A stretch of 64,000 nt of DNA, taken from Promethearchaeia archaeon (GTDB lineage Archaea; Asgardarchaeota; Lokiarchaeia; Sigyniarchaeales; SOKP01). Of this stretch, positions 9,311 to 19,070 are shown piece after piece (the first letter of the stretch is position 1; each line of letters starts with the position of its first letter). Under the pieces are notes generated by a model. The model was not told where the DNA came from and made no database searches. It was given only the letters and a program-made list of their open reading frames with translations. The stretch covers positions 32,001 to 96,000 of the forward strand of contig JAHQWK010000016.1 of NCBI GenBank assembly GCA_029856145.1, given 5' to 3'. The translations under genes and the position numbers were made by a program.

Positions 9311-9921
9311 TTAGAACTCTAAAAATCCAGGATCATCAAAAATATCATCAATTTTTCGTTCTTTCTTTATCTTTGTATCCGTTTCAGCAAATAAGGATTC
9401 TTCATCAGTTCTAACCCCCCGTTCTAGTTCTTCAGTATCACGTTTTAATAATGCATCTTTTTCAAGCTGTTTATATTTTTCCGATCGTATTTTCCAATTA
9501 TCAACTTCATCCAAATTAACATTATCTTCTTCTAATAATATCGCTGCTTTTGTTTTACATAGATCTGATAAAATAGAATAGGATAGAATAATATCTCCCC
9601 ACTCATTATCTTCTTTTAAACTAACAATCCGTTTTTCTAATCTTAGTAATTCTTGGTCTGCATAATATATATCAATAAAATCCCCAAAAGCATCAACGGG
9701 TTCTGAGATTGAATTTACTAATACTTCTTTTGTTAAATCACAATTTCCACATTTTACAGTAGCAAAGGCACCTTTCTTCTTAATATCAGTGACTTTTACG
9801 CTTTTTTCACCGCATTCCATGAAAAATTGGAAATCAATTATTTTCATTCTGGACAGGTGAAAATTTTTGGTACTCTCTTAACTCTTTTTGGTGATACTTG
9901 TTTACGTTTTCTTCTTCCCAT
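9311..9921 (-). CDS. elf1: Transcription elongation factor Elf1 with C-terminal extension; two exons (9921-9847 and 9814-9311), about 192 aa
   Basis: Exon 1 MGRRKRK..PKIFTCPE + exon 2 CGEKSVKV..VKCGNC..EPVDAFGDFIDIY gives the Elf1 signature once 32 nt are removed. Confidence 0.88.
9815..9846 (-). other. Putative 32-nt BHB intron in elf1 mRNA
   Basis: Hairpin insert with TGA/TAA stops; central helix CCAG/AUGG, two AAU bulges, exon-exon helix UUUUCACC/GGUGAAAA. Confidence 0.8.
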
Positions 9922-10120
9922 TATTATCACTACGCAAATATGTAATTAAATTATCTGTCATCATTTAGAATAAAGAAAAGGAAAACTAAAATATTTTTGC
10001 TTTTATGTGAAAACATTTGAAGGCTTTTAGCAAAATTTTTTAGGAATGATTAATTATTTCACTTACTTTTTTTTACTGAAATAATTTAGCAATTTTAATA
10101 ATGGTGAGTGGATTTTAGGT

Positions 10121-11221
10121 ATGGAACATAAAAATTTAACATTGGAACATGATAAAAACTTAATAGATAACGTTCTAGATAATATAGACATGAGATACAT
10201 AATTCTTTTCTTATATGTCATTAGAAATGATTTATTTAAAGACTTAACCGACAATACTCTAATTGAATCTTATGAAAGAGTACTCATATTAGATGATATT
10301 TATAAAAGCAATATTATAACATTTTGGAACGAAGAATTTATCGAAATTTATATAGATTTAGGATTAATAAAAAATATTCGAAGCTTGAGAGAGTTTGAGC
10401 AAAAAGAGGATGATTTTAATCTAAAGTTAGGAGAAGAAACTATAACTATTGAAAAAGATACAATCTCTGTTCCAGATGATACAATATATTTAATAATAAA
10501 TAAGAAATTTAAATTTTTAAATAGAAGGAATTTTAATTTAGCCCTCACCAGGCTAAAAGGGGTACGATGTGAAAAAAGCAATATGATTCATTCATTAATT
10601 CTTGGAATTGGTGAACATGATTATACATTACCAGATGATTTTTATTATATTTTAGACCAATATGGGAATATTTATCAAGCTATTAAAATTGAGGTTACAA
10701 TTGAAGGGTTCTTTCAAAGGTTTAAAGAAATCCAAGAAAAAATCAATGGATTCGTTAAAATTTTTGATCCTGCACTAAATACAAAATTAGTTATGAAAAA
10801 AATCAACAAAGCAATAGAAGAAAGTAAAGAGATAATTCAATTTCTTAAAGATGAGAAGGTAGAACTTTCTGATAAATTTAACTTTGATAAAATTAATAAA
10901 AATGTTGACATCTTTAAAGAATGGAATTCTAAATTATTGTCATTATTAAAATATAGGAACCAGCTTGAAGAAATTGATACAAAATTGATAGATTTGAAAA
11001 AAAATTATTCTAGTAAGGAAAAAAAATATAGTTATTTAGAATTTATTGAAAAAATCTCTTTCAATGAAGAAGGGATAGTAGATAATATTCAAAATGCTTT
11101 GATCGAATTACGAAAAGAATTGGTTAAAATTAATGAACATATTACTAAACTAACAGAAAAAGAATTAAAATTATTAAATTTGGATTATGAAAGATTAATA
11201 ATAATGAGTAGTGATGAATAA
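10121..11221 (+). CDS. Hypothetical protein (possible N-terminal winged helix, C-terminal coiled coil)
   Basis: 366-aa ORF, first gene of a tight operon. Confidence 0.75.
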   Translation: MEHKNLTLEHDKNLIDNVLDNIDMRYIILFLYVIRNDLFKDLTDNTLIESYERVLILDDIYKSNIITFWNEEFIEIYIDLGLIKNIRSLREFEQKEDDFNLKLGEETITIEKDTISVPDDTIYLIINKKFKFLNRRNFNLALTRLKGVRCEKSNMIHSLILGIGEHDYTLPDDFYYILDQYGNIYQAIKIEVTIEGFFQRFKEIQEKINGFVKIFDPALNTKLVMKKINKAIEESKEIIQFLKDEKVELSDKFNFDKINKNVDIFKEWNSKLLSLLKYRNQLEEIDTKLIDLKKNYSSKEKKYSYLEFIEKISFNEEGIVDNIQNALIELRKELVKINEHITKLTEKELKLLNLDYERLIIMSSDE

Positions 11222-11223
11222 AA

Positions 11224-12192
11224 TTGAAATGTCCTGCTTGTGATATCAAGATGGAACCTTTAGTAGCAGGGATTTTTCAATGTCCACAATGCAAAAAAAT
11301 TATTAAACAAAAAGATAAAGAAACAGAAACAACAGAAAAAAAAGAAATTGAAGTAGGAGATTTTCAAGAGGGTGAATTTTTTCACAAAAATGCAAGTTTG
11401 AATAAGCAATATGAAATTTGTGAAAAAGGAATTACAATAAATAAAACTGAAAATCGTTTATTCGCTGCATTAATTTGTCATAGCGCCTATTTAAAGGAAG
11501 AAAAATATATGAGACTATCTTGGTGGAAGAATTATCAACATGCTGGTATGTTCAAAATTTATGATAAATATGTTTTAAATAATATTATTATGGCTTTGGA
11601 AAAAATCGATGAGTCATTTGATGATATCTGGAGTTGGAGGGGAAAATATGGAAAGCAAAAACAAAAAACAGAAGAAGATTTAGAAAAAGAAAAAAATTTA
11701 GAGATAATAAAATATAGGATTATTGAAAATAGAACCTGTCCTAAGTGTCAGAAAAAAATGAACAAAATGAAATCCCATTATGAATGCCAACACTGTGGAG
11801 AAATTGTTATATTAGAAGGTTATAACCAACCGATTTTTAATATTCTCTCAGAAAATCTTGACCTACGATTTCATGCAAATTTTCCCATAAATTTTTACTT
11901 ACCTGTGAGTGGTATAACTCTTAAATGGTTGATGGGCGAATGGAAAGCATTGGCGGTGATTTATTCTAAGGATAATCCAAATAAAAAATGGCTAAGGTTC
12001 TATTGGTGGGTTCGAGATTTGAGTAATATTTTAAAATATGGCCAGAGAGTGATGGGAAATGGTACTCAGATGGGTTGGAAAGCCCAGAAAGGGATGTCAT
12101 CTCCAAATCTTTATGATAAAAAGCTTATTCGGCCATTAATCAATGCGTTAAAAAATATATCAATTGAATTAAATTGGACAATAACTAATTAA
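11224..12192 (+). CDS. Duplicated Zn-ribbon + PC4/PUR-like domain protein
   Basis: CPAC..CPQC and CPKC..CQHC, each followed by 'R(L/F)xWW...(I/L)YDK..L..I.ALxxI'. Confidence 0.75.
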   Translation: MKCPACDIKMEPLVAGIFQCPQCKKIIKQKDKETETTEKKEIEVGDFQEGEFFHKNASLNKQYEICEKGITINKTENRLFAALICHSAYLKEEKYMRLSWWKNYQHAGMFKIYDKYVLNNIIMALEKIDESFDDIWSWRGKYGKQKQKTEEDLEKEKNLEIIKYRIIENRTCPKCQKKMNKMKSHYECQHCGEIVILEGYNQPIFNILSENLDLRFHANFPINFYLPVSGITLKWLMGEWKALAVIYSKDNPNKKWLRFYWWVRDLSNILKYGQRVMGNGTQMGWKAQKGMSSPNLYDKKLIRPLINALKNISIELNWTITN

Positions 12193-12216
12193 AAAGTATT
12201 AAAAATTGAGAAAAAC

Positions 12217-13356
12217 ATGACAGAAGTTCAAGATACAATATGGAAAGGAATTTTAAATGATTTCCAAGTGAATCTTGAAAAAGCTATAGAAGAACTACAA
12301 AAAAGAGATGTAGAAAATATTCCAGGCGCAAAAGAAGCTTTGATCCAAAGATTAAACAATATGAAAATTCATTTTCCGAAAAATAATGGAGATATCCTAA
12401 TAAAATCGATCAATGATAAAATACAAAATGCTTTTTTTCCAAACACTAAGAGTTTTTCCGAGTCCTTAAAAAAAATTTTGAAATCAAGAACTCACGAGCA
12501 AGATTTTATTATCAATGAATTACTAAATGGATTTGTTACTTCTAAAGCGAAAGCTATAGCATCTGGAACTCAAGGGCCCATAATAGATAGAATGGTCGGA
12601 GCGTTTAGTAAGAGAAATGACTTCCATATCGTTGATCATCAATTTTTTGCTATGTTTGGAGATCCAAATAAACCACATCATTATGTGAAAAATCAACTTG
12701 AAGAACTTATAAACATGTTTGGACTTATTTCAAAAGAACTTGTAATAAAAAAAGACGTAAGAAGGAGCGAAGAAAAAGTATATGTTTTTTACACATTTCC
12801 AGATGAAATCATTAAAATTCTTGAAGAAAAATATTTGATTATTGATGAAGAATTAGGTTATGCTATTGTTTCAAAAGAGTTTGATAGGAATGTTTTTATA
12901 AGCATGTTCTTAGCAAATATGGCTATAAACAGGGATGATATTGATAAAATTGGTGGTTCTTACACAATTAATGGGATTTCAGCAATATTCGCATTAATCT
13001 TGTTGCTTAGTTTCATGCCGAAATTAAGTGTTGATGAAACTAATCCCATTTTAAATGATCCTAATTTTAATGAGAAAAATATGAGTGTAATTCCAAAATC
13101 TTGGATGATAAAACAAGTTTTAGAACTATTATTCGAACCACTCATCAAAATCATAGCTTATAGAATAGGAGGCGGATTGTGGTTATCTAAAATAATTAAT
13201 TCAAAAATTAATAAGAAAATTCACAATCAAATAAGATTTCTTCTCAAGGATGTTAATAAATGGATATTAGGAAATTTATGCCGAGTTGAAATACCTATCT
13301 TCGTTGAGATCTCCAATATATTTACTGAAATTTTAGTAGGATATGATGAGGAATAA
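12217..13356 (+). CDS. Hypothetical protein
   Basis: 379-aa ORF in operon. Confidence 0.75.
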   Translation: MTEVQDTIWKGILNDFQVNLEKAIEELQKRDVENIPGAKEALIQRLNNMKIHFPKNNGDILIKSINDKIQNAFFPNTKSFSESLKKILKSRTHEQDFIINELLNGFVTSKAKAIASGTQGPIIDRMVGAFSKRNDFHIVDHQFFAMFGDPNKPHHYVKNQLEELINMFGLISKELVIKKDVRRSEEKVYVFYTFPDEIIKILEEKYLIIDEELGYAIVSKEFDRNVFISMFLANMAINRDDIDKIGGSYTINGISAIFALILLLSFMPKLSVDETNPILNDPNFNEKNMSVIPKSWMIKQVLELLFEPLIKIIAYRIGGGLWLSKIINSKINKKIHNQIRFLLKDVNKWILGNLCRVEIPIFVEISNIFTEILVGYDEE

Positions 13357-13381
13357 AATTATTATAAATTAGGGTAAAGGA

Positions 13382-14692
13382 ATGAGCTATAAAAAAAAAT
13401 CTACGAGAACAGTAAAACCAGGAAGAAAAAGAGAGAAATGGACAGATATTTTACCAAGGTACTTAACTTTTTTAAGTCACATGCGCCCAATCCTAAGAGA
13501 AACAAGAAGAATAATTCTTTATTTGGATGCAGATTTATTACTTGATATAGAAATTTTAGATAAAATACGTCAAGAAGAAGAAAAAAGGAATATTCGTAAA
13601 GTTAGAGCACTTTCAGAATTTTCTGCTATGTATAGATCCAATATTTATGAAATTATTAAAGATTTTATTGTTAAATATCGAGAAAAAATCCCTATAATAG
13701 ATATCAAAGATTATATTGTAGATTTTCTTCACGAATCCATTGATGCATTGAATGTTCTACGTCATATCACTAATCCTGATGAATCGAATTTAGAAAACAC
13801 ATATTTATATCAATTAGTTAAATTTATTGAAGATAAACTATTGCCCAGAGGTGCGAACCTAGCAATCATCTATGGTAATTTATTACAGCATTCCACTGAT
13901 TTCTATGAGTGTCAAAGACATCTTTTACAATCTCATACATATTATCGAGAAAATTTAGAAAATCCGAATTATTTTGAAATTCCTGGAATATCACCAAAGA
14001 TTTATCAAATAATAAACAATATAACATCATTGTATAATTTAGACCCTAATTTTGGGGAATTCCCAGAAAAACAAAATCATGAAATTCCTATGATCTTAAA
14101 AAATGATGTATTTTTGCCCTATATTGACTCGATTGCCAATGCAGAAGAAGAAGCCTTAGAGAAAGTTGCTGAACGAATTGGTTTACGTCTCATTGATGGG
14201 ATATTTTTAGCGCCACAAGAAGATTTTGTAGATATTTTATTAGAAAACAACTTTTTGCGTGATAATAAGCAATCAGATGGAACAATAAGATTTTATCCAC
14301 AATTTAGTAATGAAACTTTAATACTATACTATTTGGCTTTTGCCTCTCAAAGACGAGGTTTTTTGTCGAAGGAATTAGTTAATTGGATTTCAATGAATTA
14401 TGCATTCTTGATATATATGGGTATTTTAAAATGGAAATTATCTGATGAAAATATATTTTATACTATCTTTAAAGATCTTCAAACAAATGAAAAAGTACTT
14501 CCATATTTAATGAAATTAATATGTTTTCCGAATTATTTGGGATTAGATAAAATGAAAATTAGAGATTCTATTCAATATCGAAAAGAAATTTTTAATTTTA
14601 TTGGATCCCAAATAGATAATCTTAAAATTTTAATTAATGAAATTGCACTGTTTTGTGAGAGTTTTGAAAATAGAAATAAAAAAAAAAAATAA
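13382..14692 (+). CDS. Hypothetical protein with basic N-terminus
   Basis: 436-aa ORF in operon. Confidence 0.75.
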   Translation: MSYKKKSTRTVKPGRKREKWTDILPRYLTFLSHMRPILRETRRIILYLDADLLLDIEILDKIRQEEEKRNIRKVRALSEFSAMYRSNIYEIIKDFIVKYREKIPIIDIKDYIVDFLHESIDALNVLRHITNPDESNLENTYLYQLVKFIEDKLLPRGANLAIIYGNLLQHSTDFYECQRHLLQSHTYYRENLENPNYFEIPGISPKIYQIINNITSLYNLDPNFGEFPEKQNHEIPMILKNDVFLPYIDSIANAEEEALEKVAERIGLRLIDGIFLAPQEDFVDILLENNFLRDNKQSDGTIRFYPQFSNETLILYYLAFASQRRGFLSKELVNWISMNYAFLIYMGILKWKLSDENIFYTIFKDLQTNEKVLPYLMKLICFPNYLGLDKMKIRDSIQYRKEIFNFIGSQIDNLKILINEIALFCESFENRNKKKK

Positions 14693-14721
14693 AATATTTT
14701 TAAAAAAAGAGTTGAAATTAT

Positions 14722-15831
14722 ATGCCTAAATCTAATATTGAGAAGGAAGATAAATTAATATATTCTGATGATGTTATTAAAGAACGACTTGGAAAATATG
14801 GAGCAATTTATTTTCCTTCAGACATTAAAGAAACCGTAGATGATATTTTAGGAAATGAAATTAAAAAAGAAGTTTTAGATGATTTTTTTAAGGCCCTAAA
14901 AAAATATAATGAATTTACTGAAAATTTAAAAAATACAAATTTAGCTCCAAACCTAACTGTCCTTCTTTATGGACCCCCAGGTACAGGAAAAACTTCCTTA
15001 ACAAGAGGATTTGCTAAGAAATATAATATCCCATTATGCGTCGTAGAGTCTGATAGGCTTGTTTCACCTTTACTTGGAGATACCATCAAAAATATTCGTG
15101 GAGTTGTAGAATTAGCCGCTGAAATTTCTAAAGAACGAAATGCTTTTGTTTTATTTTTTGATGAAATTGATGCAATCGGCTCGGAGAGATCTAACATTCA
15201 TGAAGTAGGAGAAATTAAACGAGCTGTAATTTCTTTCCTCCAAGTCATTGACAGAATAAATTATGAGGGGGTACCTCTTGCGATTTTTGGTGCTACAAAT
15301 CATCAACATCAGCTAGATTCAGCAATATGGCGTCGATTTACATTCCATTTTAAATTTGATTTTCCTGATTTTCATTTAAGAAAAAAAATTATCGAATCTT
15401 TTATTAACAAAGTAAAAAATGCGAAAATCGGGGTAGACGACTTAATTTTTTCAAATCTAAACAATGAATATAAAAAAGTTCAAACAGTATCAAAAGAATT
15501 AGAAGCAAAATTAGGACGATTTGTATCTGAATTTGAAAACGGTCTTTTATGGGAAGAATTCAAGAAAAAAAATAAATCTGGAGGCCTTTTAGAATTATCA
15601 TATGGATATTCTGGATCAGATATTGAAAGGGGTACAAGGGTCGCCTTATTAAAATCAATCAATACAGGATTATTAAACTATGATATTTTTTATAATTCTT
15701 TAAAGTTAGTTGGGGGTACTGCAATTCATGTTGAAAGACAAGATATTTTAAGTACCACTAAAAAAACCTCGACGCATACAAGAATTTACGAGAAAAATAG
15801 AAATAAGTCCCCTGGACCTCCTGAAATATAA
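14722..15831 (+). CDS. Single-ring AAA ATPase
   Basis: GPPGTGKT, FFDEID, GATN, 'LDSAIWRRF', 'GYSGSDIE'. Confidence 0.92.
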   Translation: MPKSNIEKEDKLIYSDDVIKERLGKYGAIYFPSDIKETVDDILGNEIKKEVLDDFFKALKKYNEFTENLKNTNLAPNLTVLLYGPPGTGKTSLTRGFAKKYNIPLCVVESDRLVSPLLGDTIKNIRGVVELAAEISKERNAFVLFFDEIDAIGSERSNIHEVGEIKRAVISFLQVIDRINYEGVPLAIFGATNHQHQLDSAIWRRFTFHFKFDFPDFHLRKKIIESFINKVKNAKIGVDDLIFSNLNNEYKKVQTVSKELEAKLGRFVSEFENGLLWEEFKKKNKSGGLLELSYGYSGSDIERGTRVALLKSINTGLLNYDIFYNSLKLVGGTAIHVERQDILSTTKKTSTHTRIYEKNRNKSPGPPEI

Positions 15832-15860
15832 AAATAATAAAATTTACTAAATTAAAACTT

Positions 15861-16901
15861 ATGAGCAATAACCAAATATTTAATCTAGAAAAAATAAAGG
15901 AATTGACAAGTCCAATTGAAGATCTACAAGTAGAATTAAATCAATTAAATGATACTTCGTTAAAAATTACAGAAAATATGCAATTTATTGAACATGAATT
16001 TAATGATAAGAATTTTCTCTCCCAGATAGCAACATTAAAGGAATTGCTACAAAATGTAAATAATAGGTTGAATAAAATTTCAAAAATTAATCTCAATAGA
16101 TTCCTGGATTTTCAGGACCAGTTAATTAAAAAATATAAAGAAGATTTTAAAAATAATTTAAAAAAATTAAACATCAATAAAGAAATAACAAAAAAAATAG
16201 GATTAAATCTAATTGAACGCAAAAAAATTAGTAAAATCATCGATTTTATGTCATTCGTTCCTTCAATTGAAATTGCACGATGGTTGGAACTTCTAGATTC
16301 ATTAAAACACAATACAATTTTCTTAAAAACCATAAAGAAAACTAAACGTTATTATCAAAACTTAATCCAAGTAAAACTTAAAAAAGAATTAAGCAGAATT
16401 CCTGAAGATATTGATCCAAATTTAATAAAAGATTATGAAAAGTTTTTCAAAGAGGATCCTACTTTGACATTTAATGAGTTTTTCCAAACTATTGAGAATC
16501 AGTTAACTCAACAAGAGTTAAGCGCTAAAAGAGCAGTTACAAAAAAGGTAAAAGAGAAAGAGGAATTAGAAAAATTAAAAAAGAAACAAGAAGAACAAAA
16601 AAAGGCTTATGTAAATTATTTAAAACTCTCTGATAGAGAATTTAAAAGGCTCAGGCGGAAGAAAAGCAGAGAAAAATTAACTGACATTTCCAAAGAACCT
16701 ACTGAAAATAATTCAATTGAGATTAGTGATGAAGTTTCTGAAAAGATTAAAAAATTTAAATCTCAATTTGAAAAGAGCTTTAATGAAAAATATATGATTC
16801 AAAAGGATGAAGATAAAAATCCTATTGATTTAATTCGAGAAAGAAAGAAAAAAAAAGATAAAGAGTATAAGGAATTTGAAGACCATTTCGAAAACAATTA
16901 A
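15861..16901 (+). CDS. Coiled-coil hypothetical protein
   Basis: 346-aa K/E-rich helical ORF. Confidence 0.75.
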   Translation: MSNNQIFNLEKIKELTSPIEDLQVELNQLNDTSLKITENMQFIEHEFNDKNFLSQIATLKELLQNVNNRLNKISKINLNRFLDFQDQLIKKYKEDFKNNLKKLNINKEITKKIGLNLIERKKISKIIDFMSFVPSIEIARWLELLDSLKHNTIFLKTIKKTKRYYQNLIQVKLKKELSRIPEDIDPNLIKDYEKFFKEDPTLTFNEFFQTIENQLTQQELSAKRAVTKKVKEKEELEKLKKKQEEQKKAYVNYLKLSDREFKRLRRKKSREKLTDISKEPTENNSIEISDEVSEKIKKFKSQFEKSFNEKYMIQKDEDKNPIDLIRERKKKKDKEYKEFEDHFENN

Positions 16902-16922
16902 TAAAAACAAAAGGTATAAAAT

Positions 16923-18536
16923 ATTCTAAAAAACAATTTTAAGGTATCCATCGGCTCAAAAGAAGTTTTAATTAAGGATAAATTCACTTTAATTAATGGA
17001 AAATTTAAAAAGAATTTATTAACTGAATATAAAAGTGATTTATTTCTTGAGATTTCTCAAGATTTAAATATTATTCCTATTGAAAAATTTGTGGGTTTTC
17101 TACAAGAAAAAACTCAAGAATTCCATTATTTACTGAAAGCTAATGAGTTATTAGATTTTTTACATGAATACCGTAAAATCATATCAAATAATATAACCAT
17201 TTCTTCTCAATTTAATGAGATTATTCAAAATTTATTTCTCATTCTTCGATACAATGAGCTATTAAAAGAAAAAGAATCTCTGTCGAGAGAATTAGAATTA
17301 TCAAATCAATATAAAAAATCAAGTGATAGTGCTGCTAGTAAAGATCTATTGAATAAATTGAATGAATCGTTAACCCTAAACATGAAAAAATTGAAGCTTT
17401 TCGAAGAAGATTTTTTTCAACGTAAAAACCAGATTAATCAGATCAAAAAAACATTGGATAATTATAATATAATAATTCAGCAATTAACTAACCAAAAAAA
17501 GCAATGTTTTAGCCAAATTAATCGGATCACAAGAGAAATGGCAGGAGATAAACAAGAATCAAAAAATGATATAAAAATTAATATCATAGAGTCTAAAAAT
17601 AATTTATCAAATGCAGAAAAAATACGAGCTATTCAAAAGAAAGCAAAAGAAATACAATCTGAAATTACTAATATAAAGTCGAAGAAAAGCCAAACTCAAT
17701 TAAGACTAGAAGAACTAACCCCTCTTTTCGAAATATTTGAAAAGGATCATCAATCACTATTAGAACTAATTAATACTGATAAAAAAAAAATAAATGATTT
17801 ACAATCTGAACTTAAAAAGAGTATTAAAGATGATAAAAGTACAGAAATTCAGGATATTGATTTAGTTGATTTAGTATTTCTAAGACCCTTAGAAGAAATT
17901 AAAAATGATATTGAAAAAACTGATACTGAAATTGATAAATTTACCTTTCCAGAAAATTGTTTTAATCCTCAAAATCCTTGTGATTTATCTCCAATTATTG
18001 GAAAACTGACGAAGTTTGATGAAAAAATAAAGAATAAAGAATCAGAAATTATTATTACCATAAATGAAAAAGAAATTTCCAATTGTTTCAAACAATTTAA
18101 AGAATTAGAGAATTCTCTTTCTAATATCGAAACCTTAATGAATAAGTTTCTAGTAGGGATAAATATAAAATCTCAAATTAGAATCATATTAAGTGATGAT
18201 CATAAGAGCTTTTTCATCAGTTTAATATTTATTAAAAAGGACAAAGAACAAGCCAAATTTGAGGAATTAACTACTCCAGAAAAAATCTTTTTCATGATTG
18301 TGTTTTACATCTCAATTAAACTACATATTAATAAAGATAATATTATTTTTTCAAATGTATCAATCTTAAGCCAATTTAATAAAGCAGGTTCTATTTATCG
18401 AACGATAAGAAAAATTTTGCCAATTTTCGAAATGGAAGATGCCTTATCAAAATTTAATTTAATTTTTATTATCTCTAACTTAGAATTAAAAAAAACAATC
18501 AAAAATTTAAATATTATAACTATCAAAGAGAGTTGA
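16923..18536 (+). CDS. Degenerate SMC/Rad50-like coiled-coil protein (start uncertain; frame open from 16920, first GTG at 17091)
   Basis: N-terminal 'KFTLINGKFKK' (Walker-A position), long coiled coil, C-terminal 'FEELTTPEKIFF..NIIFSN..LIFIIS' (signature and Walker-B positions). Confidence 0.6.
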   Translation: MLKNNFKVSIGSKEVLIKDKFTLINGKFKKNLLTEYKSDLFLEISQDLNIIPIEKFVGFLQEKTQEFHYLLKANELLDFLHEYRKIISNNITISSQFNEIIQNLFLILRYNELLKEKESLSRELELSNQYKKSSDSAASKDLLNKLNESLTLNMKKLKLFEEDFFQRKNQINQIKKTLDNYNIIIQQLTNQKKQCFSQINRITREMAGDKQESKNDIKINIIESKNNLSNAEKIRAIQKKAKEIQSEITNIKSKKSQTQLRLEELTPLFEIFEKDHQSLLELINTDKKKINDLQSELKKSIKDDKSTEIQDIDLVDLVFLRPLEEIKNDIEKTDTEIDKFTFPENCFNPQNPCDLSPIIGKLTKFDEKIKNKESEIIITINEKEISNCFKQFKELENSLSNIETLMNKFLVGINIKSQIRIILSDDHKSFFISLIFIKKDKEQAKFEELTTPEKIFFMIVFYISIKLHINKDNIIFSNVSILSQFNKAGSIYRTIRKILPIFEMEDALSKFNLIFIISNLELKKTIKNLNIITIKES

Positions 18537-19042
18537 ATTTATTGACGATTAATAGTAATGAAATTGACGAAATTGTAAAAAATATTACAAGACTTATTTT
18601 AACAAATCCTCAAAAAATTATTCGAGAAGAAGATCTTAAAAACCTAAGCAAAGAATTCAATTTTGAAGAAATTATGAGCGAAGTTTATTTGAATTTAAGA
18701 AATGTAGGCTTTGAGCTCATAAAAACCAAATTTCTTGAACAACAATTTTATATTCTAACTTCTGAGGGAAAAGATGATAATATTACGCCATCTCAGTATG
18801 GTACTTTAGCCTTAATAATTGCATTAAGCAAAGAGGTTGATGAGAATATAAAAATTGAGGATTTAAAAGAAATCTTTGATGAAACATGGGATACAGATAT
18901 TCAATTTTTAATTGATAATGATTATATCAGAAAATTTGATGAGTTAGGAATAATTAAAATATCACCATTAGGAAAAGCTGTTATGAAAAACATAATTATG
19001 GATATAGGATTAAAGAATTTATTGAATTTATTTACAGAATAA
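18533..19042 (+). CDS. Tandem winged-helix protein, kite-like (ScpB/MksE/Nse1-like)
   Basis: 'LRNVGFELIK..FYIL..ITPSQYGTLALII..FLIDNDYIR..IKISPLGK'. Confidence 0.6.
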   Translation: MNLLTINSNEIDEIVKNITRLILTNPQKIIREEDLKNLSKEFNFEEIMSEVYLNLRNVGFELIKTKFLEQQFYILTSEGKDDNITPSQYGTLALIIALSKEVDENIKIEDLKEIFDETWDTDIQFLIDNDYIRKFDELGIIKISPLGKAVMKNIIMDIGLKNLLNLFTE

Positions 19043-19070
19043 AAGTAATAAAAAAATTTAATATAAAAAA

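Noticed and set aside
9841-9846. Selenocysteine readthrough of the TGA in elf1 (CPE-U)
   Set aside because: TAA follows two codons later and the rest of Elf1 is in another frame; only removal of 32 nt restores the protein.
16911-16947. Possible third mRNA intron (AAGGTAT repeats 30 nt apart, TAAAAT/ATTTTA stem)
   Set aside because: No pairable 4-bp central helix, and removing 30 nt does not link the frame to a start codon.
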